A DNA stretch of 62,753 bases, counting the filler, from an uncultured Methanosarcinales archaeon (GTDB lineage Archaea > Nanobdellota > Nanobdellia > Woesearchaeales > CAZXZL01): NCBI GenBank assembly GCA_964645415.1. It is 4 parts of 4 records of this genome, joined end to end, with 100 filler letters (N's around TTAATTAATTAA, not from the genome) between each part and the next. Parts side by side here need not be neighbours in the genome. Positions count along the whole stretch, not along the records: positions 1 to 17,060 come from CAZXZL010000021.1; 3 more parts are not named here. One strand, 5' to 3'. Positions 1-10,695 of this stretch are shown here, piece after piece. Under the pieces are notes generated by a model. It worked only from the letters and a program-made list of their open reading frames with translations. It was not told the origin of the DNA and made no database searches. The stretch's first letter is position 1, and every line of letters starts with the position of its first letter. The position numbers and the translations under genes are program-made.

Positions 1-158
1 TTAGGGCAAAATCCTCTAAGAAGGGATAATTATTTGAATGAAACAAAATGAAATAGACTTTTTGTTTATATGTGTTTTTAATCTTGTATAAAATTCCTCT
101 TTTCACGGAGTATACTTTTTTGTATATTCATTTGTATACTGGGATATTAATCTAAACA

Positions 159-166
159 TTTAAATA
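159..166 (+). promoter_or_regulatory. TATA box (TTTAAATA) about 22 nt upstream of the ATG at 189, probably a leaderless transcript
   Basis: Archaeal TATA consensus with an A-rich BRE-like stretch upstream. The same motif and spacing recur at 14667 and 15185. Confidence 0.5.
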
Positions 167-188
167 TCATTTTCTCGCTTATTTATAT

Positions 189-896
189 ATGACTTTTGTA
201 AGAGATGAATGGATTTTGAATCAAAAAATATTCTATAATATGGTTAAGTTAATGGTAGAAAGAGATATAGAATATGGTCAATATGGCTTCAAAGGTCATG
301 AAAATTCAATGATTTCTGGAATTGTTTCACTTGTTTCAGATATTGAAATAATTTCTGAAATTATGAAAGGAAGTGGAATTGAGTCCAGTTACTCTTCTGT
401 TGAAGGTGCTCTAAAAGAGATATGCTTAAAAGATAAAGCAACTGTCTTCTTACCTGACCAAAATAAATTCATTCACAACTTAAGAATAATTGATCTTACT
501 GATGTAGCTCTTTCAAAAGTTAGAGAATGGGGCTGGAAGGTTGGATGTTTTGAAGATGTCCTTGAAAGATTCTATGGGAAAAAACATGTTGGCACAAAAA
601 GAGAATTAACCTTAGCTCTTGCTTTAGCTTTAGAAAAACCTGTTTTTGTGATGAGTCAAACAGTATATACTGATGTTGGGACAGGAAGATTATACTGGTT
701 AGATAAATCCGGAATAAGATATGTAGTTTATTTAAAAAAAGCAAAAGATGAAATTAAACTAGTGGTTGAAGAAAGAGTTATAAAAAATAAACGATCAGAA
801 ATTATTGCTGAATTTGAAATTTCCGTTGATACAATTAAATCTAATAGTGAAAGTTTCTATGACATTATGTTTGATAAAGAATTAATCAAAAAGTAG
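189..896 (+). CDS. Hypothetical protein, possibly a degenerate diadenylate-cyclase (DisA_N/DAC)-like fold
   Basis: 235-aa ORF. KDKATVF and HVGTKRELTLAL fall where the DAC motifs DGA and GTRHRAA would be. Weak similarity judged by eye. Confidence 0.5.
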   Translation: MTFVRDEWILNQKIFYNMVKLMVERDIEYGQYGFKGHENSMISGIVSLVSDIEIISEIMKGSGIESSYSSVEGALKEICLKDKATVFLPDQNKFIHNLRIIDLTDVALSKVREWGWKVGCFEDVLERFYGKKHVGTKRELTLALALALEKPVFVMSQTVYTDVGTGRLYWLDKSGIRYVVYLKKAKDEIKLVVEERVIKNKRSEIIAEFEISVDTIKSNSESFYDIMFDKELIKK

Positions 897-948
897 TTAC
901 ATAACTTTATATAGTGTTTTCAAGGTTTTATCTTAATTGGGATTATTA

Positions 949-3900
949 ATGAAAAAGTTAGCTTTTCTTTGGACTTGTATTTTTTTTTTAGTTTTTTCTT
1001 CTAATCTAGTTTTATCTAACGATGTCCATATTAATTCTTTTGAAATCTCTTCAGACCTTGATAATATTAATGAACATGATGGGTCCTTTTATGGTATTCT
1101 TCAAAATGATTATTTAACGATTGATATTAATTTAACTGTTTATGATACTGATTGGGATTTTGATGATAAAAACATAAAAATTAAATCAAATGAAATCACA
1201 AATAATGAAGATATTGAATTTGAAGAAGATGATTGTGAACAAACAGATGAACATAATTATTCTTGTAATACTAACTTTGATTTAATTGATTATGATGTAG
1301 ATAGCTCTTCATTAGATTATAATGATAATTTTGAATTTGAGATAGTAATATTATCTAATGAAGGTGTAACTTATTCTGGAAATGTTGCTGGAAATACTAA
1401 TTCTTTTGTTTGTTATAATTCTTTTGATGAATCTGAATTTGAAGATATTTCTATTTCTGATCCAATAATTACAGAAGATGATATCTCTTTTGAATTTGAT
1501 ATGAGTGATTTTAACCCTAATATTAATAATTGTCCATCTTTAGATATTGAATCTGTTAGAGCTAATTTAGTTTTAGATGAAGATAATAATCGTTTTACAT
1601 CTAATGTTTCAAATAAATTGACTTTTTCAGACACTTCAAATCTTGAAGGTGGTTCTTATAATTTAACATTAAGTTTTCATCCAAATTATGGCTCTGTTTA
1701 TAACTTAGAAAAAGAGTATCAACTTTATTTAGATGGTCCAATAATAGAAGATGTTAAATTAAAAAATCATGTTATTAACCAAGAGATATTTAATGAATAT
1801 ATTTATGATCCTGATGAAGATAGATACACTTGTTCTTATCTTAAATTTGTAATTAATGATCCTTTTTTTGAAGGTATTAATTTAGATGTATCTGATGTAA
1901 ATCAAGATTTTTTTGATGATAATGAACCTATTATATTAAATAAAGATGGTTTTGGTTGTGAAAAAGATGATGATAATGAAGATATGATTATTTGTCGATC
2001 TAATGTTGACCCTTATGGCTGTTTTAATATTTTAAGTAGTAATTTTGACATTGAATTTGAAGTTTGTAGTTCTCCTGAAAATTATGATGAAGATTTATGT
2101 GTTGAAGATTCTAGTTCGTATAGTTTAGAAATTAATAATGATGGTCCTGAACTGATTGATTGGAAATCATATACTACTTTTAGTGACGATTTAGATTTTG
2201 ATGAAGATGATTTAGAAATACTTGCAAATGAAATGATAAAAAATGTTTCAAATAGTTTCTTTGGTGAAAACTTAATATTTCAAAATTGTTATGACGATGA
2301 ATGTTTTTTTAGAGATGGTGTACCAATTAATTATACACTTACTTTAAACAATCCAAATTTAAATCATGATAGTGCATCTTTTGATTTTTCTGAGATTGGA
2401 GGTTCACAAGAAAATTCAGATTATCTTTTTAACGATGAAAGTAGTACTACTTTTGGATTAAATAGAACATTAAATGATAATTATGATAATTTTTCAATTC
2501 CTTTATCAGGTACTGATTCATTAGGTAATTCATTCTCTTTTTCTGATGTTAGATTCTATCACGATGATAAGCCTCCAATAATTGAGAATGTTAGTGCATA
2601 TAGGGCTACTGGAGGATCTTATGCAAAAGATACAATTGCAACAAATGATCGAATTTTAATTAATATTACAGCCAATGATTCAATTTCATCAAATGTTGGA
2701 TTTATAGTTGATTTCAATGACTTAACAACATCTCATGAAATTAAAAAAGGATATTGTGAAAAAACAAAAAAGAACACTTTTAATTGTGAAGTTGAATCTG
2801 AAAGAAGTGTTTCAGCAAAAAATGTTGGTGGTGAAGGTGAAATAGAAATATATGTTTTTGATTTAGCAGGTAATGTTATTAAAGAGACTAAAAATGTTGA
2901 AATATTAGAAACTTCTGATGATGATACTCCAGAAATAAGTTTATATGCTGATAACTTTGTACCTGATTTTATTGATAGAAAAATGGTTTCAATTTTTGAA
3001 TATCCTATTCATGGTGAATTAAATACACAAGCTCCTAGTGGAGTATATATTGATAATCAATATTTTAATGATTGTAGTTTTGTAAATTATGCCAGAGAAC
3101 TATATAGTTTTGATTTAATTTCTCCAACTAGTTTAGAAGATGATAGCTCAACTATGATGTTTGATTTACCAATTTTTGAAGAAGATGACTTAAATAATGT
3201 AGAAGAGTTAAAAATAAGTTGTAATGTAGAAACTTTCTTAAGAACAGATACTCATATTTATACTAGACCAAACAATCAAAACGTTAATTTTACATTGAAT
3301 GTAAAAAATGCTCCATTTGGAATGCCTTCAGAAGAGATATATAATGAAGTTAGTGAAAATATAGATAGTTTTATTGTTGAGCATGGTGATTTTCTTCACA
3401 CTGCTGCAAATATTCATCGTTTTGCAGAAAATATTTGCTCTTTAAGAGAGGGATTAGCAACTTCCGAATTTGGTGTTTCTGTAGGTGGTGGTATCGTTCA
3501 AGGATCTGAAATTATAATTGATGGCATTGGAACAGCAGTTCCTGCTGCTAGACCGTTTACTGAACCAATTGCTCAAGCCTTAAATATGATCGAAAGTGGA
3601 TTAGATGTAGCTCATAATACAATTAACTCTGTCTTTGAAACTACTTTTGAATTAGTTGACTTTGGAGGAGGTGATGGAGAAAAAGGAGTTTTAGGAAGAG
3701 TTTGTGATTATGTTATGTGTGATCAATGTGACCCAATAGATTCTGCAACTTTTGTTGGTGATATGTGGGGTGATTCAGTCGATGATCATTATGTTTTCGG
3801 TAAAGATATAAGTGGAAAAGTTGACCCTACTGAAAGTATGGTTCTTTCAATGGGTTGTGGTTGTTTAGGTCCAATTATTTATAAAATGGAATCTTGGAGA

Positions 3901-4443
3901 CAAATGAAATGTGAAAGAGATCTCTGTCTTTTACAAGGTGGTGCATTAGGTGCTGAAACTATTCATTGTAGACAAGCTTATATTGAACAGAAATGTAAAT
4001 TAATTGTTGGTGAAGCTTATGTTTTATTCCCTTATGGTATGGGTATAGATTCTTATTTTAGTGAAATTAATGATATGTTATCAATTGATCCTGATTTTAT
4101 TGAAAATGCTGTTGGTCAACTTATTTGTCCTGAAAGTGGCGGTAAATCAGATATTGGAAATATTGCTGGTGATTTTTTACCTGATGTTGGTGGCTCTTTA
4201 GGAGATTTAAGAAAGTGGATTTGTAATATTGGTGAAGGTGCTTTTAAAGTTGAACGTGGAATTAATATGATTCAAGAATCTTATGATATTTATGATCGAG
4301 ATGGGATTTCAGGATTACTTGCTCATGAAGCTGGTTTAGCAGGAGTAAGTGATAGTCTTAGTGATTATTGGGGAGATATTTGGAAAGATGATCCTTGTAA
4401 TCAAACTATTGAATTAATGCAAGAATTAGAAGGAGATGCTTAA
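949..4443 (+). CDS. Large secreted acidic Cys-rich surface protein
   Basis: ATG 949 gives the signal peptide MKKLAFLWTCIFFLVFSS. D/E/N-rich beta-type repeats follow, then a Cys-rich, Gly-rich C-terminal region. Confidence 0.8.
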   Translation: MKKLAFLWTCIFFLVFSSNLVLSNDVHINSFEISSDLDNINEHDGSFYGILQNDYLTIDINLTVYDTDWDFDDKNIKIKSNEITNNEDIEFEEDDCEQTDEHNYSCNTNFDLIDYDVDSSSLDYNDNFEFEIVILSNEGVTYSGNVAGNTNSFVCYNSFDESEFEDISISDPIITEDDISFEFDMSDFNPNINNCPSLDIESVRANLVLDEDNNRFTSNVSNKLTFSDTSNLEGGSYNLTLSFHPNYGSVYNLEKEYQLYLDGPIIEDVKLKNHVINQEIFNEYIYDPDEDRYTCSYLKFVINDPFFEGINLDVSDVNQDFFDDNEPIILNKDGFGCEKDDDNEDMIICRSNVDPYGCFNILSSNFDIEFEVCSSPENYDEDLCVEDSSSYSLEINNDGPELIDWKSYTTFSDDLDFDEDDLEILANEMIKNVSNSFFGENLIFQNCYDDECFFRDGVPINYTLTLNNPNLNHDSASFDFSEIGGSQENSDYLFNDESSTTFGLNRTLNDNYDNFSIPLSGTDSLGNSFSFSDVRFYHDDKPPIIENVSAYRATGGSYAKDTIATNDRILINITANDSISSNVGFIVDFNDLTTSHEIKKGYCEKTKKNTFNCEVESERSVSAKNVGGEGEIEIYVFDLAGNVIKETKNVEILETSDDDTPEISLYADNFVPDFIDRKMVSIFEYPIHGELNTQAPSGVYIDNQYFNDCSFVNYARELYSFDLISPTSLEDDSSTMMFDLPIFEEDDLNNVEELKISCNVETFLRTDTHIYTRPNNQNVNFTLNVKNAPFGMPSEEIYNEVSENIDSFIVEHGDFLHTAANIHRFAENICSLREGLATSEFGVSVGGGIVQGSEIIIDGIGTAVPAARPFTEPIAQALNMIESGLDVAHNTINSVFETTFELVDFGGGDGEKGVLGRVCDYVMCDQCDPIDSATFVGDMWGDSVDDHYVFGKDISGKVDPTESMVLSMGCGCLGPIIYKMESWRQMKCERDLCLLQGGALGAETIHCRQAYIEQKCKLIVGEAYVLFPYGMGIDSYFSEINDMLSIDPDFIENAVGQLICPESGGKSDIGNIAGDFLPDVGGSLGDLRKWICNIGEGAFKVERGINMIQESYDIYDRDGISGLLAHEAGLAGVSDSLSDYWGDIWKDDPCNQTIELMQELEGDA

Positions 4444-7404
4444 ATGAATAAAAAATTAATAATATTTGGAACTATTGTATTCTTATTTTTAACAAGTATA
4501 GGTTATAGTTCAGACCTTGAAAATATCTCTTTAAATAATCATTTTACTGAATCAGGAGAAGAATTTTTAGAAGCTGATGGTGAATCAGTTTATATATTTA
4601 ATATTTCAATAACTAATAAAGAAGGTGAAATTGTATCTAAAGGTTCAGAGGTAGATATAGATGGTTATGGGTCACTAGTATCAGATTTTGGTGATCTCTT
4701 TGATTCAGATTTAGATTGGAATGAAGTAGATAATGAATACTGGTATGATGATGAAAATAACATCTATATTCCTTATCAATCACCAGTTGGTGTTCCTTTT
4801 GATGATAATTATTTTACTGATTATTTAACGATTTCATGTGATTCATGTCAAAATGAAGATTCTATTGATTCTATTAACATTAACTATAAACATGGCTCAT
4901 TAGAGGTATCTAATATTGAAGTTGAAGGTAATTTTTTACGTTTTGATTTATATGATGAGCATGGGAATAGAGTTTCAATATTAAATGAAGATGATATTAC
5001 AGTAACTGATGGTGAGATTGATTTTTTCGATGATAGGAATCCTTATAATATATTTGTTAATATATATGGAGAAAAAACTAATGTAGATATTAAAGGATTA
5101 CATACTGAAGAAATAACTGATAGTGATTATTATAACTATCTTAATGCCTTAAAAAATCTTATTGATGAAATTTATGATGATTACCTAAATCTTAATAACT
5201 TAGATGAAAAGTATACAAAAGAGTCTATAAAATATTTAGAAGAAGCACACAATGATGCAAAAGAAGTTATAAATGATGATTCAGCTGAGCATGATGATTT
5301 TTTAGATAATATTGATGATCTCAATGAAGCTAGAAATGATTTAGTTGAAATTAGTGAATTGTATGATAAAATAAATGAAATAGAAAATGAAGATGATTGT
5401 GAAGATGTTGATGGAATAGAAGATAAACTAAATGATGCTAAAGACTTATTAGAAGATGGTAGTGAAGATGATATTCAAAATAAAATTAATGATTTGAATA
5501 AGATTGATTGTAATATGGAAAACCTTCTTTCTGAATTAAATGACTTAATTGGAAAAATTGAAGAAGGAGATTATCTAGATGATTATGATGAAAATGATAA
5601 AGCTAATGAATTAAAAGTTATATATGATGATGCAAAAAGAAAAATAGATGATGAAGGATTTGATGATTCAGAAGATATATTTAATAAAATAAATAAATTA
5701 AATGAAAAATTAAATGAAATTGAAAATTTAGACTTAAGATCAGATATAAAAGATTTAAAGGAGAAATATAACGATTTAGATGATGATTTAAGTGATTATG
5801 ATTATTCAGAAGATTCTTTGAATGAATTAACTAACCATTATGAAAGAGCTGGTGAATTATTAGATGATTTTGATGATTATACTGTTAATGAAATTACTGA
5901 ATTCATAAATCAATTTATGTCTGCTTTTGATAATTTAGTTGAAATTAAAAATTGTCGTGATTTAAATGATGGAATGGTAATATCACATGAATTATCTGAA
6001 TGTAATATGTATAATAATATTGACGGGATAGACCATACTTTTGATGATGTTTCCGATGATCAAATTTGTATTGATGATAACACTTGGAGTTGTTCAGCAA
6101 AGAATTATTGTAATGGTTATTGGATTTTTATGGAAAGTAATGATATTATTTTAAAAAATTCTGATTATATTGATGGAATTAATTGTTCTGATATTGATGA
6201 ATTTGATCAAAATGATTGTGATAAGTTAAGATGTATATATAATTCAAAACCAGAATACAGAAGAGAAGAACCGCCATCAACTTATGGTGGAAGTTATTTT
6301 AGAGAACGATTTGAAATTGATACTGATAATTTTGATTCAGGAAGAAATGTTGTTCAAAATAACTGCCATTCTAATATGAATGAAAGTGAATGTAGGGATG
6401 AGTTAAAAAATTATTATGATGAAAATCCTAGACTTAGAGATTGTATTGAAAATCAAGATGGTTCTAGATTTAGAAGTAGATATTGTCGCGGTGTTTCAAG
6501 TGCAATAACTGATTTAAGATCTGAAAGATCAATTATTTCTATGTTTGGTGAAGACGAAGATGATGGAGTAAGGGGTTTTTTGAATACTATTAATAGTATG
6601 GGTTATAATGAAACAGCAATTCGTGGCTGGGATTCTATAATTGGTCTTTTTTCTGATGAGGATAGTGTTATTTCTGATGCACTTAGTTCAGTTAATGTTT
6701 TAAAAGAACCTTTAAGTCGCTGGAATGAAGTAGTAGATACTTTTACAGATTCTCCTGTTAGAAGAGCTTTAAATGAGATATGTGAAAGATACATTTTCTC
6801 AACAGATCTTGATTCAACTTATGGTGGTGATTTAATTGATGTTCAAAGATCTCTTTCAGAAAATGAAGTTCTAAGTTTAGATTCACAAAAGAATATTTTC
6901 ATTGATGATGGTTCTGAAAGTTATTTCTACTATTATCAGGTTGAGTTAGGTAATTTTGTAAAAGATTTAGAATATGGTATATGTTTTGGAAATGATAATA
7001 TTGATACTTGGAATGATTGTGATGGAAATAAATTAGGGTCTTTTTATAATGAGAGTGAAGATAAATTATATATGTTTAATTTAGATGAAGGAGAATCTCG
7101 TAGCACTTTAACTTCTAATAATCAATCTTATTATGTTGTTCAATTAGAAGATAATTATGATTATATCTCTTTATGTTTTAATAATGAATTTTCATCATTT
7201 ATCGATACAAATAACTTCTTTGATGATTTAAATGATAAGAATTGTATTTCAAAACCAATTCTTGATTTTACTGATAAAGACAATGTTCCTAATTATCATC
7301 TTTTTGATAATAAAAGAGATGACTCTGGATCTGATGTTTCTGATAAGGAGGAAGATGAGGGAGATAAGGATGATGATGTTGATGAAGGAGGTGTTATAGT
7401 ATAA
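4444..7404 (+). CDS. Large secreted acidic protein with FIVAR-like helical-bundle repeats and Cys-rich segments
   Basis: Signal peptide. Repeats KYTKESIKYLEEAHNDAKEV..LNEARNDLVEI and DYSEDSLNELTNHYERAGEL..AFDNLVEI. Starts immediately after the previous stop codon. Confidence 0.75.
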   Translation: MNKKLIIFGTIVFLFLTSIGYSSDLENISLNNHFTESGEEFLEADGESVYIFNISITNKEGEIVSKGSEVDIDGYGSLVSDFGDLFDSDLDWNEVDNEYWYDDENNIYIPYQSPVGVPFDDNYFTDYLTISCDSCQNEDSIDSININYKHGSLEVSNIEVEGNFLRFDLYDEHGNRVSILNEDDITVTDGEIDFFDDRNPYNIFVNIYGEKTNVDIKGLHTEEITDSDYYNYLNALKNLIDEIYDDYLNLNNLDEKYTKESIKYLEEAHNDAKEVINDDSAEHDDFLDNIDDLNEARNDLVEISELYDKINEIENEDDCEDVDGIEDKLNDAKDLLEDGSEDDIQNKINDLNKIDCNMENLLSELNDLIGKIEEGDYLDDYDENDKANELKVIYDDAKRKIDDEGFDDSEDIFNKINKLNEKLNEIENLDLRSDIKDLKEKYNDLDDDLSDYDYSEDSLNELTNHYERAGELLDDFDDYTVNEITEFINQFMSAFDNLVEIKNCRDLNDGMVISHELSECNMYNNIDGIDHTFDDVSDDQICIDDNTWSCSAKNYCNGYWIFMESNDIILKNSDYIDGINCSDIDEFDQNDCDKLRCIYNSKPEYRREEPPSTYGGSYFRERFEIDTDNFDSGRNVVQNNCHSNMNESECRDELKNYYDENPRLRDCIENQDGSRFRSRYCRGVSSAITDLRSERSIISMFGEDEDDGVRGFLNTINSMGYNETAIRGWDSIIGLFSDEDSVISDALSSVNVLKEPLSRWNEVVDTFTDSPVRRALNEICERYIFSTDLDSTYGGDLIDVQRSLSENEVLSLDSQKNIFIDDGSESYFYYYQVELGNFVKDLEYGICFGNDNIDTWNDCDGNKLGSFYNESEDKLYMFNLDEGESRSTLTSNNQSYYVVQLEDNYDYISLCFNNEFSSFIDTNNFFDDLNDKNCISKPILDFTDKDNVPNYHLFDNKRDDSGSDVSDKEEDEGDKDDDVDEGGVIV

Positions 7405-9713
7405 TGAAGAAATCACAAATTTCAATGTTTATGATTATTGGTGCAATAATTTTTATTAGTATTAGTTTAGTTGTTTATGTTGGCAATCAATTACATGAAA
7501 TAAGTTTTGATCGTGCTAGAGATGAGGTAGGTGTTGGTGATATTCATGGGATTGAACCATTAAATAATTATTTACATGAATTATTAAGAGATTCAGCAAG
7601 AAGAAAGATTGAAGAAATTGGTTTAAGAGGTGGTGTTTTTGATAGTGATCACTCTATTGCTGATCATCCTCATTTAAGTGAAGGAGTAAAATTAGGTTCA
7701 ATTGATTCTCCATATTGGTTATATCTTGAAGAATCAAATGGTGGTTATTCTTATGGTCAAAATAAACCTGATTTAGAAGGAAGTTCTGATTCAATTCAAG
7801 ATCAATTATCAAATGCTATTGCAGATGACTTTTATGATAGAGTTTCATTTGAAGAATTTGAACATCTTTATAATGTTGAAACTCAATCAAAACCTGAAGT
7901 TGATATTGTTTTTACTGAAAATGATGTTGTTGTAAATTTATTTTTTAGATTAGAGATTGATGAAAGAGGATCTGATTCACAGATTTTATTAAATGAGTTT
8001 TCTGTCAGAAAAGATGTTCCTTTAAGAAGTATGTATGATGCAGGTGAAAGAATAACTTATATTGAGAGTGAAGATTCTGAGATTACTAGACGTTATTGGA
8101 ATTTATTATCTTATTATATGACATCTAATAATGATGAGTTATTACCTCCAATCTCTCATACTGAATTTTTACAAACTTCTCCTCTATTTTGGCATTCTTC
8201 TGATGTTGAAGATATTATTAATTCACTTTCATCTATTTTCTTACCTCAGTTTAGAGTAGTTAATTCATATAGTGAACCTGTATTCTATAATCGAGAGAAT
8301 ATGGGTGATTTAGAGGCAACTCTTACAGGTGGTTTTTCCAATTTATTTTCTTTATATCTTGGTGAAGAATCTTTTCCTTTTAAAATTGATTTTATTCATC
8401 CAGGTGATATCTTTGTTGAATTAAACAAAGGTGAACAAATTATTACTTCGGAGGATATTTTAGAAAGAGACATTATTTCAATTATGTTAGGATTAGGATA
8501 TCGAAATTATAGAACTGTTTATGATATTACTACTCCAATTATTATAAATATGAAAGATCCAGATGCTTTTGATGGAGAGGGTTATACTTTTTCATTTCCA
8601 ATTCAATTAAATATTAGAGATAATTATCCAATTAGTGAACATGTTGAACCTATTGAGCCACCAACTTTTACTGAAAGACTATCCTCATTTGATGATTCAA
8701 GAACTGAGAAAAACTTAAGAATTGTTCCGAATAATCCAGTTGATGAAGATTTAACTGATACACAAGTCATTTATGAATGTGGTAACGATAGATATACATT
8801 AGGTTATTTTGATGATTCATCAACTTTTGAGACTGAAGCACCATATTGTGCTATGAATGGAAAGATAATATTAGAAAAACAAAATTTAATTTTTGAAGAA
8901 AAAGAATATGTAAATATAGAAAATACTGGTATGGATTTATTAGAACCAAAAGTTTATCCTTTAAAATCATTTGATGTAAATATTAAGAAAATAACTGTTG
9001 ATGACTCTTACATTTATCTTCCTGGAAAAGGTATTGATCAGTATTTAAATGATTTTAGAAGATTTTATTCAAGTGATAGTTCAATATGTAATAATTTAGA
9101 CTTTCCTTTAGATTCTTTTTGTGACTCATTTATTTCAACTGGACTTTCTAGTGATTCCGAAAGAGTATTTGATCAAGCTGGAGTATCTTCAAGTGATACT
9201 GAAGAAGAGGTAGTTTCAAAGATTTATGATGAGTTTGGTGATGAGATTTTAAGTAATACTGAAAAAACAACTTCTTCTTTATCAAAATTTGATCAAGCAA
9301 TATTATTAATGGAAAATGATTTTTCAGATTATGTTCCACTCCCACCTTCATTGTCATTTACTGAAAAAGAAAATGAATTTGAAGCTTATTTTGTTCCTGG
9401 CGAGTATGAGATTGAAACTATTTTAATTTCAAACGAATCATTTACTATTCCTTCTGAATGTGCAGTTGCATCTCGTCCATTATCAGATAATTGTCTTTTT
9501 GAAGAGTTACCTGAAATGGAATTTGATGAGTTTATGCTTGGTAATAATGAAGTTACTTTTGAACTTTCTGTTGATGATTATTTAGAATCTGATTCAATTA
9601 CATTTTATGTTGTTGAAAATAAACCTCCTCAAAATTATGATGACTTACAAAGAATGGCTTCATCTGATTCACAAGATTTATATTCCTACCTTACTATTCC
9701 TAATTTAAGTTAA
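7404..9713 (+). CDS. Type IV pilin-like large protein with class III signal peptide
   Basis: N-terminus MKKSQ-ISMFMIIGAIIFISISLVVYV resembles the KK[GAS]Q prepilin-type signal. TAATG overlap with the upstream gene. Confidence 0.75.
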   Translation: MKKSQISMFMIIGAIIFISISLVVYVGNQLHEISFDRARDEVGVGDIHGIEPLNNYLHELLRDSARRKIEEIGLRGGVFDSDHSIADHPHLSEGVKLGSIDSPYWLYLEESNGGYSYGQNKPDLEGSSDSIQDQLSNAIADDFYDRVSFEEFEHLYNVETQSKPEVDIVFTENDVVVNLFFRLEIDERGSDSQILLNEFSVRKDVPLRSMYDAGERITYIESEDSEITRRYWNLLSYYMTSNNDELLPPISHTEFLQTSPLFWHSSDVEDIINSLSSIFLPQFRVVNSYSEPVFYNRENMGDLEATLTGGFSNLFSLYLGEESFPFKIDFIHPGDIFVELNKGEQIITSEDILERDIISIMLGLGYRNYRTVYDITTPIIINMKDPDAFDGEGYTFSFPIQLNIRDNYPISEHVEPIEPPTFTERLSSFDDSRTEKNLRIVPNNPVDEDLTDTQVIYECGNDRYTLGYFDDSSTFETEAPYCAMNGKIILEKQNLIFEEKEYVNIENTGMDLLEPKVYPLKSFDVNIKKITVDDSYIYLPGKGIDQYLNDFRRFYSSDSSICNNLDFPLDSFCDSFISTGLSSDSERVFDQAGVSSSDTEEEVVSKIYDEFGDEILSNTEKTTSSLSKFDQAILLMENDFSDYVPLPPSLSFTEKENEFEAYFVPGEYEIETILISNESFTIPSECAVASRPLSDNCLFEELPEMEFDEFMLGNNEVTFELSVDDYLESDSITFYVVENKPPQNYDDLQRMASSDSQDLYSYLTIPNLS

Positions 9714-9714
9714 G

Positions 9715-10518
9715 ATGAGTAATAATATAAAGAGATTTATTTGGAAAATTGGAAAAGTATTTACAGTGGATGTATTTTTAATTTCACTTATTATTCTTTA
9801 TTTTTTTATTAGTATTTCAAATTATCACTTTATAATGAATCGTTCAGGTGAAATTTTACCTGAAGATGTATCAAATGATTTTATGTCTATGGTTGAATCA
9901 GGAGATATTTCTGATGTTGCTTTTCTTTCTGAATATGAAGAACCTTTAGAGAAGGTATCAGAAGATATTGGATTAGAGAATATTTTTAGATGGGCCTTTT
10001 CTCTTATGATTATTTTATTATTTCCCTTCTTTTTACTTTTAAAAATTTCAATGTTTTTTGATAAGAAGTTTTTAAAGTCAAATGCAATATTATTTCCTTT
10101 TGCTTCATACATTATTCTTTTTATTTTATCCATTCCAATTAATCTTTTTACTATCTCTTATCGAAATACACCATTAAATTATTATGGATTGATTTTTGGA
10201 TTAGTATCATTACTTCTTTTCTTATATGGTTTTTCTTATTTGGTTATTTATTGTTTAAAAATTGTATTAAAAGAAGAAAAATTAAATTTTATTGAGATGA
10301 TTTCTAATTATTTTAAAAACTTTTTTTCCAATATTAAATTTAAATTTTTAGATTTCATTTTCTTAATAATATTTATTTTATTTATTTTATTTTTACCAAT
10401 AATTATTGCACCTCCTACCACTTATACACTATTAATTTTTGTTTTATTATTTTTTATTTTCTTAATTAATACTGTCTTATTTTCTTATTTTTCATTTAGA
10501 AAAGATTTATCTTTTTAA
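9715..10518 (+). CDS. Multi-pass membrane protein of unknown function
   Basis: 267 aa with about 6 hydrophobic segments, at the end of an apparent operon. Confidence 0.7.
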   Translation: MSNNIKRFIWKIGKVFTVDVFLISLIILYFFISISNYHFIMNRSGEILPEDVSNDFMSMVESGDISDVAFLSEYEEPLEKVSEDIGLENIFRWAFSLMIILLFPFFLLLKISMFFDKKFLKSNAILFPFASYIILFILSIPINLFTISYRNTPLNYYGLIFGLVSLLLFLYGFSYLVIYCLKIVLKEEKLNFIEMISNYFKNFFSNIKFKFLDFIFLIIFILFILFLPIIIAPPTTYTLLIFVLLFFIFLINTVLFSYFSFRKDLSF

Positions 10519-10523
10519 TTCTT

Positions 10524-10597
10524 GGGCTAGTAGCTCAACCTGGCAGAGTATCCCCTTGGCGTGGGGAAGGCTTCGGGTTCAAATCCCGACTAGTCCA
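10524..10597 (+). tRNA. tRNA-Ala(GGC)
   Basis: Acceptor stem GGGCTAG/CTAGTCC with G3:U70. Anticodon arm TCCCC-TTGGCGT-GGGGA. T-loop GGTTCAAATCC. Confidence 0.95.
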
Positions 10598-10695
10598 TAT
10601 TCTTTTATTTTACTTTAATTTTATTGACACATTCACAAAAAAAGAAATAAGAATATTTAAAAAACATAATTTCAATATATTAGATAGGTGGAATT

